Shown here piece by piece: positions 10,175 to 20,655 of a DNA stretch of 64,000 nt (its first letter is position 1; the number at the start of each line of letters is the position of its first letter). This DNA is from Saccharofermentanales bacterium (GTDB lineage: Bacteria > Bacillota > Clostridia > Saccharofermentanales > DTU023). The notes beneath the pieces were generated by a model. It searched no databases. It saw only the letters and a list, made by a program, of their open reading frames with translations, and was not told where the DNA came from. A program made the translations under genes and the position numbers. The stretch spans positions 220,207-284,206 of the forward strand of contig JBMNJZ010000001.1 of NCBI GenBank assembly GCA_050951925.1, written 5' to 3'.

Positions 10175-10440
10175 AGCCTTGACTTTATGCTGCCGGACAC
10201 ACCAAAAAAGTAAACAAAACTGTGGAAACGCTGCTATCAAAACTGCGGACGGTTGTGAAATACTTGGCTTACGGACGTGCCTTTGCGGGGAATACGGTAT
10301 TAACCTAAACGATGTCATACAGGTGGTGTGCGGCGGACGATATGTGACAGTAAGAACAGCAAACAGCAAGCACATCATCAAATTTAGCTTGTGCCTAAGT
10401 CACAGCAATGCAGCGCAGTACCTCCGATAAAGCAACCTGA

Positions 10441-13400
10441 TTACAGCCTGGCCTCCTCGGCAGCTCTGTATTTCCTGATTTTCAGCCACTGAATAATCAC
10501 GGTAATGAGCAAAAGCAAAATCACAGAACCCAGCCCGATCACCCAAGCATAAGGGAAAGCGGTTTCTGCCTCCTCTTCAGATTTTTCGCTCAGAGTAAAT
10601 TCCACTTTTTTCTGCACATCCAGTTTTACCGGCAACTCTTTTGTATAAGGCCTGCCTCTCTCGTCTTCATAATTGAGCAAAATAGTTCCGTCATAAGCTT
10701 TGACTTCCTGTTCGGGTTTGATATAAACGCTAAGGGTACCCTTGCTGCTCTGGCCGGGCCCGACAGCTCCCACCAATGAGCTGATACCCTCGGACAGACC
10801 GGGGATCTTCGTCCGGAGCAGAACATTGTTGATTGAGCCTTTGCCCAGATTCATAATATTCAACGAGAAATCCAATACTTCTCCCTGAATTATCCTATTC
10901 GTATATATCAGATCGTCATGCTCCAGGCGCAGCTCTTGCCCCAGCTCCAGATGGAAGGTCTGAGAGCCGTTGTACATATTCCCCTGAGGATCCTGATAGT
11001 CCCAGGAGAAATTCACCGCATGCAGACCCGGGACGGCAGTCTCCGAAATCTTGACCGGGAGCACCCATTCTTCTTCATTCCAGGCGGAAATGCCGGCAAT
11101 ATAATGTGAACTGCTGCCCAGCGGTATGACGGTATTATCTTCCGCCTGGCAAGTGATGGCGATATTCCTTGCTTTCAGTCCCGGCTGCATATTCTTCAGC
11201 CTAATGCGCAAAGTGACTTCGTCTCCGGGCAACAATTCTCCGCCACCCTCTTTTTCAACTTGAAAATCCTCGACCATAAGCCGGGGCGGAGCCTTGGTTT
11301 TCGCCTGGACATTTTTGCCGGGTGTCAGCAACAGAACCGGTAATAGCAGCAGGCCGGCAATAATTATAAATTCGCGGATATTCTGCACAATAGATCGCTT
11401 CATAATTCGGCCGACTTTCCGATATGCCCCCAACGAGACTATTAATAATAAGATGGAGATAAAAGCCAGGGGCACAAGCAGCGGCCAGAGTGAGAATTCA
11501 GCTTCATATTGCTGATGGAGATAAATGAGCACTGCGGTGCCAAAAATCAGTCCCAATATAGTACCTGTCAGGAAGAAACCCAGTATCTGATAGAAAAATG
11601 ACTTCCAGACCATATTCCTGGGCGCGCCGACCGCGCGAATGGTTCCGATCGCCCGTTTGCTGCTTCTGATTCGAGCAGAAATATTATTGCTGATAATACT
11701 GCCGCAAATACTGGCCAAAACAACAAAGACGGCGGCAGCGGTAATCAAGGTCTGAACTAACTCTTTTCTGTATGCCTCTTTGCGCTGGCGCTGATTAAAA
11801 AGGTATGAACCATGGACACGCCAACTCAGCTGTTCCAGGACAGTTTCGATATAAGATGCCGTTTCCTGACTAAGGCGCGGTTGCATATCTACCAAAATCT
11901 CTTTATAGCTACTGTCAAAACCCAGATTAACCATGCCCTCAAGGGTAGTTATAGCCGCAAGGTTTCCTAAAATGCGGTGTTTCCCGATATCGGAATAGTC
12001 GCTGGAAAAGACCTCGGCGATCTCAACGCTTGTGGCCAGACTATCCACTTGGTCCGGTAATTTAACATCGGGCATAAAGGGGAATGCTTCATCTAATGCT
12101 TCATCAGTACATAACAAGCGCATTTCCAGAGAATCTCCTGCTCGGAAGTAATCATTCTCATAAATAGTTGTTTTACCTTGCTCCCGATCAGGATTAGTTG
12201 GATATGCCGCTATACCATAAGAGACACCGCCGCCATCACCATAATATGTCACTTCCATAAGCGGAACATTGACAACGACCGAACGGCCGGCATCGATTGC
12301 TGCCAGATCTACCTGGCTCACAGCTTTGTAATCAAGAATTTCCCGGAGCGCATCCGAGGGCACGGCCAATAAAGTGAAAGGTACGAATTCTGTCTCAAAC
12401 TCATACTTTTCCTTGATCCGATAATATAGGTCAGCATCAATATGTCCGCCATAACCATCGGGCCCCGGACTTATAAAGCCCAAAGGTCCCCAACCGTCCA
12501 TAATAAAATAAGGTGTGGCCTCTCTGATCTCAAGATTCAAATTAAGCTCTTTGACCCCCAGTACCTTGTCAACCCCAGGCAGTTTTCTGATCAGACCCAG
12601 ATCATTTTCCGAAAAAGCCGGTCGCTGATAAGTACAGTTAATGAATGGGGCAGGATAAAAACTGTGCCGCAAGATATAATCATTTTTGTATTCCTCTCCT
12701 TGGTTCATTTTGATCTGAAGCAAACCTCCCGCATACATAGCAATCGCCAGGCACAGAGCCAGGAAAAGGCTGATCCCAGGCAAGCGCGCACTATAAAGCC
12801 TGGTATTCCTGGCTGCCAGCAGCCGGCCGGGAGAGAAATAACTCTTGCTGACCACTTTATGCCGCTTGAGCTTGCGCACCAGATCGATATTGCGTATCGC
12901 CTGCATCGGAGGGATCCGTGACACTTTGATCACCTGACCGATATTAGTCATAAATATCACAAGAAAACTAAAAGCTGCGATCCCCAGCAATAACAGAGGA
13001 TGAAAAAACAAGTTAAAGTTTGCCGGCAGATATCTACCCGCAAACTTGAGCATAAGCACTGCCAATAATATGGCCGGCGGAATAGTCAGAGTAGTTATGA
13101 ACAATGTCTCTTTCATATGAAGAGCAACGATCTGCCTTCTGGTTGCGCCTACCGCTCGCATCATAGCGATCTGCCTGCTCTTGCTGTCCAGAACAGAGCG
13201 CATACTATTGCGGGTACCAAAGACAGCTGCCAGGATAAAAGCGCAGGCTGAGATCACAATCAAATTAATTGGCATTACATGACCAAATCCCCAATACATA
13301 TCCAATATAGACACACCCACACTCATTGTATACATCTCGCGCTCGGAGCTGATATTTAGCCCTGTAAGACCAAACTTTTGTCTGATAGATTCGCTGGGCC

Positions 13401-14151
13401 ATCCTTTTATTTCCGACAGAAACGATTTGTCGAGGCTGGAATAGATCACAAAAGCCGGGACTGTACCGGCTGCCAATGGTTCTGCCGCAGCTACATAAGC
13501 CAAAGGGATGCGCCCATACCCAATCTCGCCGGGATGTGTCAGACTATTCATGATGGATGCGTTTTTGTCTTTGACAATGCCTACAACCGCATAGGTTTTT
13601 TCTACAGGTTCCTGCGATGAAAACTTGTCCGTTCCGGTTAGAAAATACATAGGAACAATTATCTCGTCCCCTAACCCGGGACTTTTGCCAAGTGCACGCA
13701 AGGCCTCAACCTCTAAAGCGATTTCCCCCGCCGTTTCCGGCATGCGTCCGCTAAATAACTCAAGTTGCAGATACTCCTTTGCTCTGGCGTCGAGGCTGGC
13801 TACTGCATATGGACCATTATAGAAGCCAGACACATGCTCATCCGGCTGAACATAGCCGATAACTCTGGCCACTCCATAGTCAGTAACTATGCCGTCTCGG
13901 ACAAATTCTTGAACTTCAGACTCCGCGGTATCAACAAAAATGAAATCCGCCTTGCTGAATATGGAATAGAAATATTCTTTAGCCGAACTGTAAATGCTGC
14001 CTGCAAGTAAAGCCAGAGCTGCAATAAAAGTCACGGTCAGGATAATGCCTATAATCAGTGACAGATATTGGCTCTTACGGGTTTTGAGATTATTCTTCAG
14101 TATTTGGGAGATCTTCAAGTTGTAGTTGGGGTTCTTCTTCATCAGTATCAC
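10441..14151 (-). CDS. FtsX/MacB-type ABC permease fused to COG1361/CARDB-like Ig domains with a C-terminal membrane anchor
   Basis: Two FtsX domains (RQIAMMRAVGAT, RAIGTIRAVGA) end at SIVQNIRE. A signal-like helix follows, then PRLMVE...PGDEVTLRIRLKN and NIMNLGKGSINNV Ig-like domains and a TM helix. Confidence 0.8.
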   Translation of the reverse strand: MILMKKNPNYNLKISQILKNNLKTRKSQYLSLIIGIILTVTFIAALALLAGSIYSSAKEYFYSIFSKADFIFVDTAESEVQEFVRDGIVTDYGVARVIGYVQPDEHVSGFYNGPYAVASLDARAKEYLQLELFSGRMPETAGEIALEVEALRALGKSPGLGDEIIVPMYFLTGTDKFSSQEPVEKTYAVVGIVKDKNASIMNSLTHPGEIGYGRIPLAYVAAAEPLAAGTVPAFVIYSSLDKSFLSEIKGWPSESIRQKFGLTGLNISSEREMYTMSVGVSILDMYWGFGHVMPINLIVISACAFILAAVFGTRNSMRSVLDSKSRQIAMMRAVGATRRQIVALHMKETLFITTLTIPPAILLAVLMLKFAGRYLPANFNLFFHPLLLLGIAAFSFLVIFMTNIGQVIKVSRIPPMQAIRNIDLVRKLKRHKVVSKSYFSPGRLLAARNTRLYSARLPGISLFLALCLAIAMYAGGLLQIKMNQGEEYKNDYILRHSFYPAPFINCTYQRPAFSENDLGLIRKLPGVDKVLGVKELNLNLEIREATPYFIMDGWGPLGFISPGPDGYGGHIDADLYYRIKEKYEFETEFVPFTLLAVPSDALREILDYKAVSQVDLAAIDAGRSVVVNVPLMEVTYYGDGGGVSYGIAAYPTNPDREQGKTTIYENDYFRAGDSLEMRLLCTDEALDEAFPFMPDVKLPDQVDSLATSVEIAEVFSSDYSDIGKHRILGNLAAITTLEGMVNLGFDSSYKEILVDMQPRLSQETASYIETVLEQLSWRVHGSYLFNQRQRKEAYRKELVQTLITAAAVFVVLASICGSIISNNISARIRSSKRAIGTIRAVGAPRNMVWKSFFYQILGFFLTGTILGLIFGTAVLIYLHQQYEAEFSLWPLLVPLAFISILLLIVSLGAYRKVGRIMKRSIVQNIREFIIIAGLLLLPVLLLTPGKNVQAKTKAPPRLMVEDFQVEKEGGGELLPGDEVTLRIRLKNMQPGLKARNIAITCQAEDNTVIPLGSSSHYIAGISAWNEEEWVLPVKISETAVPGLHAVNFSWDYQDPQGNMYNGSQTFHLELGQELRLEHDDLIYTNRIIQGEVLDFSLNIMNLGKGSINNVLLRTKIPGLSEGISSLVGAVGPGQSSKGTLSVYIKPEQEVKAYDGTILLNYEDERGRPYTKELPVKLDVQKKVEFTLSEKSEEEAETAFPYAWVIGLGSVILLLLITVIIQWLKIRKYRAAEEARL

Positions 14152-14837
14152 CCCCCGACGGCTTCTTTGCTATCTCGCTGGATTCTGCCGTCCTCAAGTT
14201 GAATGATACGTTCCGCCTGCTCGGCGATATTGAGATCGTGAGTGACCAAAATCAGAGTTACGCCTAATTCGGTACTGGCATATTTCAATAAAGACAACAC
14301 CTCACGACCGCTATGAGCATCCAAATTTCCGGTAGGTTCATCGGCGAAGACAATCGCCGGTTTATTTATCAGCGCCCTGGCGATAGCTACTCTCTGTTGT
14401 TCGCCGCCGGAGAGAGCGCTGGGCAGATGGCTCAGGCGGTCTTCCAGGCCCAGAACATCAATAATCTTTTTCAGATAGTCATCCTCCGGCTTCTGCTTGT
14501 CCAGCATGACAGGCAGGAGCATATTTTCCAACGCCGTCAGCTCCTGTACCAGATTATAAGCCTGAAAGACAAAGCCGAATCTGCGCCGCCGCAACACTGA
14601 CAATTGGTCATCGGAGTAGTTGAATAAATCTTCCTGCTGATAAAATACCTGGCCCGAAGTCGGATATTCCAGGCCGCCCAGCATATGGATGAGTGTCGAT
14701 TTTCCGGAGCCCGAAGCGCCGGTAATCGCGCAAAATTCCCCTCGCTCAAAGGCTGTTGAGATATTATCGATAGCCAGAACTTTAGTCTCTCCGGTTTGAT
14801 ACTCTTTTGTCAAAGTCTCACAACGCAAAATGGACAT
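14148..14837 (-). CDS. ABC transporter ATP-binding protein (LolD/MacB type)
   Basis: GASGSGKST, LSGGEQQRVAIARAL and FADEPTGNLD motifs. Confidence 0.95.
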   Translation of the reverse strand: MSILRCETLTKEYQTGETKVLAIDNISTAFERGEFCAITGASGSGKSTLIHMLGGLEYPTSGQVFYQQEDLFNYSDDQLSVLRRRRFGFVFQAYNLVQELTALENMLLPVMLDKQKPEDDYLKKIIDVLGLEDRLSHLPSALSGGEQQRVAIARALINKPAIVFADEPTGNLDAHSGREVLSLLKYASTELGVTLILVTHDLNIAEQAERIIQLEDGRIQRDSKEAVGG

Positions 14838-14883
14838 ATAGCAATACCCCCTGCCGCATATATGTCCACTCTAATAGACCCAA

Positions 14884-14922
14884 CTTACATATGAATGTAA
14901 ATAGTCTTACATTTTCGCAAGA
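14884..14922. promoter_or_regulatory. putative response-regulator boxes upstream of the ABC operon
   Basis: TTACA-N6-TGTAA plus a second degenerate copy (cttacattttcgcaag) 22 bp away. Resembles boxes of BceR/YxdJ-like OmpR-family regulators. Confidence 0.5.
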
Positions 14923-15000
14923 TAAGCAGCGCAAGCCACATGGGACGGCTAATATAAGCTGTGCCGACTTGTGCGCCGACCAGAAGCGGTGAGAATACAG

Positions 15001-15921
15001 CTAATACGATCTGTATCCTACATGAATCGGCAGATAGAGAGAAATTCTCAGTCCCTCTTTGGTATTTTCCGCAAAGATACTGCCATGATGGCTTTCCACA
15101 ATCGCTTTGGTAATGGCCAGCCCCAGACCGCTCTTTTTTGTATCCGCTGTAGCATCCGAACGGCTGAAGCGGTCAAATAACTCAGACACATCAAAGGTAT
15201 CGACGCCACCGCCATAATCTTCAAACACCAGATGCGCCAGCGACGTCGATTGACTGAGGCTGACCAGAATCTCCGATTTCTCCGCCTTTTGCTCACAGGA
15301 ATTTTTGAGAATATTGTGGAAAGCCTCCTGCATCCAGAACGGATCCAGACGCAAACGCAAGTCTCCCTGAATGACCAGCCGATATTCCGGGTACATCGGC
15401 AGCAGTTCATGCCATTGCTCTTCAATCAGCTTCCTAACATCGACTTCAACATAATTGAGCTCATAAGCTCCGGCCCTGAGTTTTTCCAAACGCAGCAGCT
15501 GATAGACCAGCTTCTCCATACGCTCAATCAGCAGTATCATTTTACTGCTGTAGTCAGCAGCAGAAGCGCCATCGGTAGCGGCAGCGGCCAGATCAGAATA
15601 CAGTCGCAAGGAAGCCAGCGGTGTCTTCAGCTGATGTGAAATATCGGCGATAAAATGATGGTTGCGCCGGCGCTCTTTCTGCAGGCGGCTTCTGCTGAGG
15701 ATAATCTCCTCCTGCAGCCTGGCAATGCAATTGTGCAGTTTGGCGCCTTCGTCGTCATTTAATGAAAAATTGGTCTGTATCGGCTCCGCCAAAAACTGCT
15801 CAACATAGCTGGCCAGCTGTTCGTGCAGCCGGCACAATTTGCGGTGCCTGCAGCGCTCCCGCAGGAATAGAAACAAAAAAGTCGCCCCCAGGATCAGAGC
15901 TATGCCCAATGCCCATTCCAT
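15001..15921 (-). CDS. intramembrane-sensing histidine kinase
   Basis: Single N-terminal TM, H-box ISHQLKTPL, N-box NILKNS and SGLGLAI. Confidence 0.92.
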   Translation of the reverse strand: MEWALGIALILGATFLFLFLRERCRHRKLCRLHEQLASYVEQFLAEPIQTNFSLNDDEGAKLHNCIARLQEEIILSRSRLQKERRRNHHFIADISHQLKTPLASLRLYSDLAAAATDGASAADYSSKMILLIERMEKLVYQLLRLEKLRAGAYELNYVEVDVRKLIEEQWHELLPMYPEYRLVIQGDLRLRLDPFWMQEAFHNILKNSCEQKAEKSEILVSLSQSTSLAHLVFEDYGGGVDTFDVSELFDRFSRSDATADTKKSGLGLAITKAIVESHHGSIFAENTKEGLRISLYLPIHVGYRSY

Positions 15922-16587
15922 TCAGATACCCCGCCAGCGATAACCGATGCCGCGCACGGTCTCTATGGACTCGCGGCCGATCTTATCCCGGAGCCTGGAA
16001 ATATGGACGGACAGGGTATTGTCATCGATAAACTGACCCTCATGATCCCAGATAGATGCCAGCAGCTGTTCGCGGGTCAGAATCTGGCCCCTGTTTTGCA
16101 GAAATTTCTCCAGCAGAGCGAATTCCGTCGGCGTCAACTGCACACATTTGCCGGCCACGGAATATTGCAAACGCGAATAAATTAAACCCTCCCGGGTTGC
16201 AACCTGATACATGCTCCCCGCCCTGCGGAGCAAGGCCTTGATACGGGACAGCAGCTCCAGCGCCCGAAAAGGCTTGCACAGATAGTCGTCGCCACCGGCA
16301 TTCAGCCCCCGCACCAGCTCGTATTCCTCATCCCGGGCTGTCAGAAACAGCACCGGCAATTCATAGCCCTGCTCCCTGATCTCCTGGCAAAAGGCAAAGC
16401 CGTTCCCATCCGGCAGCCCGACATCAAGTATGACCAGATGAGGATCCCCCTCCGCCAAGCCAAGGCGCGCCTCACTGAGGCTGCCGGCCAGCAGAACCTC
16501 ATAATCCTCTCTGGTCAGTAAATCCCGCAAGCCGTCCTGCAAAAAGACATCGTCTTCTACTATTAACAGTCTGGTCTTCCCGCTCAT
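15922..16587 (-). CDS. OmpR-family response regulator
   Basis: LIVEDD, LDVGLPDGNG and KPF in the receiver; winged helix TLSVHISRLR...VRGIGY. Confidence 0.95.
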   Translation of the reverse strand: MSGKTRLLIVEDDVFLQDGLRDLLTREDYEVLLAGSLSEARLGLAEGDPHLVILDVGLPDGNGFAFCQEIREQGYELPVLFLTARDEEYELVRGLNAGGDDYLCKPFRALELLSRIKALLRRAGSMYQVATREGLIYSRLQYSVAGKCVQLTPTEFALLEKFLQNRGQILTREQLLASIWDHEGQFIDDNTLSVHISRLRDKIGRESIETVRGIGYRWRGI

Positions 16588-16787
16588 AGGTTTTGCCTTT
16601 ATCTTGCCGTCGCCTTGCTTTTTCTATCTTTCACACTCTCAGCACCATTATAGCGGACAATCCGCCTCAATATATGTACAAGCTATCTGATGAACTGCAC
16701 CAAGTAGAAAAATATTCACGTGTCCATCAATAAAAATATTATTATAAAAACCGCATTTCATGTCTATCGGACACTTGGCAAGTACAT

Positions 16788-16860
16788 ACGGCCGAATACA
16801 ATTCTAAAATATGACCGAATATAAATGCAGAATATAACCGAATATAAATTGAAAAAGGGA
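16788..16860. repeat. three 23-bp tandem units starting CCGAATA (right copy, inverted relative to 10135-10174)
   Basis: CCGAATA occurs at 16792, 16815 and 16838. TATGACCGAATA (16810-16821) is the exact reverse complement of 10160-10171. Confidence 0.75.
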
Positions 16861-16984
16861 TGCATTAGAAGCGGAAGATGCAAAAGCCCCAGGTGTTTTA
16901 GTAGTTCTCTGCGGTGTATGCAACTTTGCCTACCAACGGAAAGATGGTATCTATGTTGTACCCATTACTGCACTGAGACCATAA
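16853..16984 (+). pseudogene. 3' remnant of an AAA+ ATPase with DUF4143 domain
   Basis: Manual translation ...AKAPGVLVVLCGVCNFAYQRKDGIYVVPITALRP* resembles the AYxRxDGVYVVPI..LKP C-terminus of this family. No start codon; in-frame TGA at 16850-16852. Confidence 0.65.
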
Positions 16985-17002
16985 GTCAATTGGTGTTTTC
17001 CC

Positions 17003-17031
17003 TTGACAGATAATGCCTTAAAAGTTATTAT
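17003..17031 (+). promoter_or_regulatory. sigma-A promoter of the toxin-antitoxin operon
   Basis: TTGACA-17 bp-TATTAT with an imperfect palindrome in the spacer; GGAGG RBS downstream. Confidence 0.7.
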
Positions 17032-17054
17032 TATGATGTAAATGGAGGTGTAGT

Positions 17055-17417
17055 TTGTTCGAAGTAGTATTTTACAAGGATAAAAATGGCAAAGAACCTG
17101 TATTGGACTACCTTCGAAGTCTGAACGAAAGAAGTGATAAGGATAGTAGGGTCAAGCTGAACAAGATCAGGGATTATATTAAAGTGCTTCAACTCCATGG
17201 AACTAAGGCAGGTGAACCTTACATGAAACATCTTGAAGGAGAGATTTGGGAGTTAAGGCCGCTGAGGGATCGGATTTTATTTGCAGCATGGTCAAGAGGT
17301 CAATTTGTCTTATTGCATTGTTTTATGAAAAAGACACAAAAAACTCCAAAACGTGAAATTGAGCACGCTAAACGCTATTTACAAGACTTTGCAGAAAGGA
17401 GTCATGAGTATGAGTAA
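17055..17417 (+). CDS. type II toxin, RelE/ParE superfamily (HigB/Gp49-like)
   Basis: [17 protein letters not shown]...RILF...[17 protein letters not shown]; toxin-first gene order. Confidence 0.9.
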   Translation: MFEVVFYKDKNGKEPVLDYLRSLNERSDKDSRVKLNKIRDYIKVLQLHGTKAGEPYMKHLEGEIWELRPLRDRILFAAWSRGQFVLLHCFMKKTQKTPKREIEHAKRYLQDFAERSHEYE

Positions 17418-17697
17418 CACGAAGATGAAGTTAACTCGCTGGGAGGACGTCGAACGCGAGATTTACACGGATGAAGAGATTCGCGAAGGTGACCTGAGGG
17501 TGGCCTTGATTAGTGAGTTGATTGAAGCCAGAAAAAATAAAGGAATTAGTCAAAAGAAACTCGAAGAACTAAGCGGAGTTAGCCAGCCGGTTATTGCACG
17601 CTTGGAAACGGGAAAGACAAGTCCTCAAATCGATACAGTATTAAAGATTCTGGCTCCTCTGGGGAAAACGCTAAAGGTTGTATCAATTGATCCTTAA
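17410..17697 (+). CDS. XRE-family HTH antitoxin (HigA-like)
   Basis: [32 protein letters not shown]; AAGGAG RBS 8 nt before the ATG at 17410; overlaps the toxin stop. Confidence 0.9.
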   Translation: MSNTKMKLTRWEDVEREIYTDEEIREGDLRVALISELIEARKNKGISQKKLEELSGVSQPVIARLETGKTSPQIDTVLKILAPLGKTLKVVSIDP

Positions 17698-17761
17698 GAA
17701 GATTTCATTGGTAGTTTCAACATTTGCTTATATAAACATCTTAATATTCTACAAAGCAGCA

Positions 17762-17812
17762 GGGCGTCCCATACACTTACATAAGTGTTTTGGGACACCC
17801 CCTTCTTTGTTT
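17762..17812. terminator. long hairpin terminator between the convergent antitoxin gene and clpC
   Basis: GGGCGTCCCA..ACACTTA-CA-TAAGTGT..TGGGACACCC followed by a T-rich tract. Confidence 0.6.
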
Positions 17813-17943
17813 GTGACGAAGGCTGCTCCGGTTAGTCTTGAGCGCCTTCGTTTGATTCTGTTGGTTCCGCGGGCACGGTTACAGCAGCTCCAACTGCAGA
17901 GTCAGCAACGCCACGGGGATACGAAACCAACTTAGGAGTTTGC

Positions 17944-20655
17944 CTACGCTTCAGGCTCAGTTCCCGCCTCAGTCGCAGAGTCCGCGGCTTCATCTGGGAC
18001 AGATCCCCCGGCTGCAGCATCTTCCGATTCGGTCACAGTCGCGTCCACTTCCTCCGCTTCCGCCTCCGGCTCCGCCCGCTGATTGAGGCGGCGGACGACA
18101 ATCTTATCGTCTTCGACATCGACTTCGGCCACATCGCCGGATTGAACCACGCCATCCAGCAGAGCTTCGGAGAAATTATCCTCGACCACGGACTGGATCA
18201 GACGGCGCAGCGGCCTGGCTCCGTACTCGGGCTTATAGCCATTTGCAGCCAGCCACTTGCGGGCAGCCGGTGTAATCTCGGTGCGAATGCCCAAATCGGC
18301 GATTCTGGCGACCAGATTGGCCAGCATCAGATCCACAATCTTCTCCATGGCGTCTTGATCCAGCATATGGAAGAAGACGATACTGTCCACGCGGTTGATA
18401 AACTCCGGCTGGAAGGTCTTGCGCATTTCATCCAGCACCAGTTCCTTAGCTTCCTCGTAGGTCTTGCCGCCGTACACAGGCTCAGCTTGCTGCTCCGCCT
18501 CGTTTCCATCCTCCGCCGCCATGCCGAAGCCGATCCGGCGACCGGCCGAGGTCGTAAGCAGGCGGGCCCCGATATTCGAAGTCATGATCACGATCGTATT
18601 CCTGAAGTTGACGGTGCGCCCCTGACTGTCGGTCAGGCGCCCGTCCTCCAGAATCTGGAGCAGAGCATTGAAAACATCGGGATGCGCTTTCTCGATCTCG
18701 TCGAACAAAATCACCGAGTAGGGCTGGCGGCGGACTTTCTCCGTCAGCTGGCCGCCCTCTTCGTAACCGACATAGCCGGGCGGCGAGCCGATCAGCTTCG
18801 AGACATCGAATTTCTCCATATACTCGGACATGTCCAGCCTGATCATGGCATTCTCCGAGCCGAACATCACTTCCGCCAGCACCTTTGCCAGCTCCGTCTT
18901 GCCGACGCCGGTCGTACCGAGGAAGATAAAACTTCCCGTCGGACGATTCGGATCTTTCAGACCCAGACGCCCGCGCCTGATGGCTTTTGCCACTTCCGTG
19001 ACAGCCTCCTGCTGGCCGATCACTCTCTTGCCCAGCTCGGCTTCGAGATTCCTGAGCTTCTCCTGCTCGGTCTCCGTCAGTCTGGTAACCGGAATCTTAG
19101 TCCAGCTGGACACGATACCGGCGATCAGATCACCGTGCAGCACCGGCCAGTCTTTGCGCTCTGAGGCAGCAGGCTTGGACTTGAGCGCCTCTAATTGCTC
19201 CTTCAGCTTATCCTCGCGCTCTTTCAGCTCGGCGGCTGCTTCAAAATTCTCAGCGTCGACGGCTTTCTGCTTCTCTTCCAGCACTTGCATCAGTTCGCTC
19301 TCGCTCTGCTTCAGCTGCGACAGATCGGGAGAATGGCTGAGTCTCAATTTGGCTGCGGCCTCGTCGATCAGATCGATCGCCTTATCCGGCAGGAAACGAT
19401 CCTGGATATAACGGGTCGAAAGCTTTACCGCCTCTTCGATCGCCTCATCCGAGATTCTGACCTGGTGATGATCCTCATAATGAGGTCTCAGCCCCAAAAG
19501 AATCTGGACAGCATCTTCCTCACTGGGCTCTTCAACTATAATCGGCTGGAAACGTCTCTCCAACGCGGCATCTTTCTCAATATGTTTTCTGTATTCGTCA
19601 ATGGTGGTCGCGCCGATCACCTGCATTTCGCCTCTGGCCAGCATCGGCTTGAGAATATTGGAAGCATCGATTGAGCCCTCCGAGGCTCCCGCGCCCACAA
19701 TGGTATGGAGCTCGTCAATAAAGAGAATGATATCTCCCTCGGCAATCGCTTCGTCAATGCCTTTCTTCAGACGATCTTCGAACTCGCCCCGGTACTTGGC
19801 ACCCGCCAGCATACCGGTCAGATCGAGCGACACCAGCCGCTTGCCCTGCAGCAGCGACGGTACATCACCACTGACTATCTTCTGCGCTATGCCCTCAGCG
19901 ATCGCTGTCTTGCCCACTCCCGGCTCACCGATCAGAACCGGGTTATTCTTAGTCCGGCGGCAGAGAATCTGCTCAGCGCGAATAATCTCTTCATTGCGGC
20001 CGATAATGGGATCGAACTTGCCTTCCCGGGCCATCGCTGTCAGATCGCGGCTGAACTTGTCCAGCGTCGGCGTCTTGCTGCGTCCACCCTGGCCGGATAC
20101 TGCGCCAGCCGTACCCGCACCGGCCATACCGCCGCCGGCTCCTGGCATAGCGCTGCCTGCCGCTTCGGCTTCGGACTCCGGCGACAGAGGCTCTTCGCGA
20201 GTCGCCAGAATCTGGCTCACCGCCTGATAGAGCTCGCGGCTGGAAATCCCGGCAGCCTGCATAATGCGCACAGCCACACTCTGCCCCTCGCGCAAAACCC
20301 CCAGCAGCAGATATTCCGGTTCGATCACATTGGATCTTCGGGCCTGAGCCTCCCGCGCCGCCAGATTGATCACCTGTTTTGTGCGCGGTGTCATCATATT
20401 GATCAGCATATTGCCGTCCAGATCCTCCGGCGTTTCCTGCTCCACCGGCTCGCGCTGCGCCAGACTGGTCAGATTATTATCCACCAGCTCCGAAGTCAGG
20501 CCCGCCTCATTCAATAGCGAAGCCGCCAGACCGCCTTCCTCGAGAATACCGGCCAGCAAATGCTCCGAGCCGATATAATCCAACTGGTAAGACTTGGCTT
20601 TCTGCCAGGCAAAACCCAGCACGGTTCCTGCTCTCCTTGAAAATCTTATCATCAT
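17944..20655 (-). CDS. clpC: ATP-dependent Clp protease ATP-binding subunit ClpC
   Basis: Clp_N repeats, [12 protein letters not shown] domain, GTTGVGKT and PPGYVGY; lies downstream of mcsB. Confidence 0.97.
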   Translation of the reverse strand: MMIRFSRRAGTVLGFAWQKAKSYQLDYIGSEHLLAGILEEGGLAASLLNEAGLTSELVDNNLTSLAQREPVEQETPEDLDGNMLINMMTPRTKQVINLAAREAQARRSNVIEPEYLLLGVLREGQSVAVRIMQAAGISSRELYQAVSQILATREEPLSPESEAEAAGSAMPGAGGGMAGAGTAGAVSGQGGRSKTPTLDKFSRDLTAMAREGKFDPIIGRNEEIIRAEQILCRRTKNNPVLIGEPGVGKTAIAEGIAQKIVSGDVPSLLQGKRLVSLDLTGMLAGAKYRGEFEDRLKKGIDEAIAEGDIILFIDELHTIVGAGASEGSIDASNILKPMLARGEMQVIGATTIDEYRKHIEKDAALERRFQPIIVEEPSEEDAVQILLGLRPHYEDHHQVRISDEAIEEAVKLSTRYIQDRFLPDKAIDLIDEAAAKLRLSHSPDLSQLKQSESELMQVLEEKQKAVDAENFEAAAELKEREDKLKEQLEALKSKPAASERKDWPVLHGDLIAGIVSSWTKIPVTRLTETEQEKLRNLEAELGKRVIGQQEAVTEVAKAIRRGRLGLKDPNRPTGSFIFLGTTGVGKTELAKVLAEVMFGSENAMIRLDMSEYMEKFDVSKLIGSPPGYVGYEEGGQLTEKVRRQPYSVILFDEIEKAHPDVFNALLQILEDGRLTDSQGRTVNFRNTIVIMTSNIGARLLTTSAGRRIGFGMAAEDGNEAEQQAEPVYGGKTYEEAKELVLDEMRKTFQPEFINRVDSIVFFHMLDQDAMEKIVDLMLANLVARIADLGIRTEITPAARKWLAANGYKPEYGARPLRRLIQSVVEDNFSEALLDGVVQSGDVAEVDVEDDKIVVRRLNQRAEPEAEAEEVDATVTESEDAAAGGSVPDEAADSATEAGTEPEA

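Noticed and set aside
10200-10330. Possible c-di-GMP-I riboswitch on the minus strand upstream of the LPXTG gene (GCAAAG...TGATAGC)
   Set aside because: The first hairpin (GGCAAAC...GAAA...GACGCAAA) is missing and the pairing is not convincing.
10179-10430. 83-aa Cys-rich + strand ORF and an overlapping 86-aa - strand ORF
   Set aside because: No RBS and no family motif; most likely non-coding junction DNA.
17832-18020. Alternative-frame acidic tail overlapping the clpC 3' end, suggesting a frameshift extension
   Set aside because: No slippery site or stimulatory structure was seen, and clpC ends with a normal stop.
18142-20578. Long + strand ORFs (up to 340 aa) opposite clpC, and similar shadow ORFs opposite other genes
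   Set aside because: These are antisense shadows of GC-rich coding sequence, with no RBS and no recognisable motifs.
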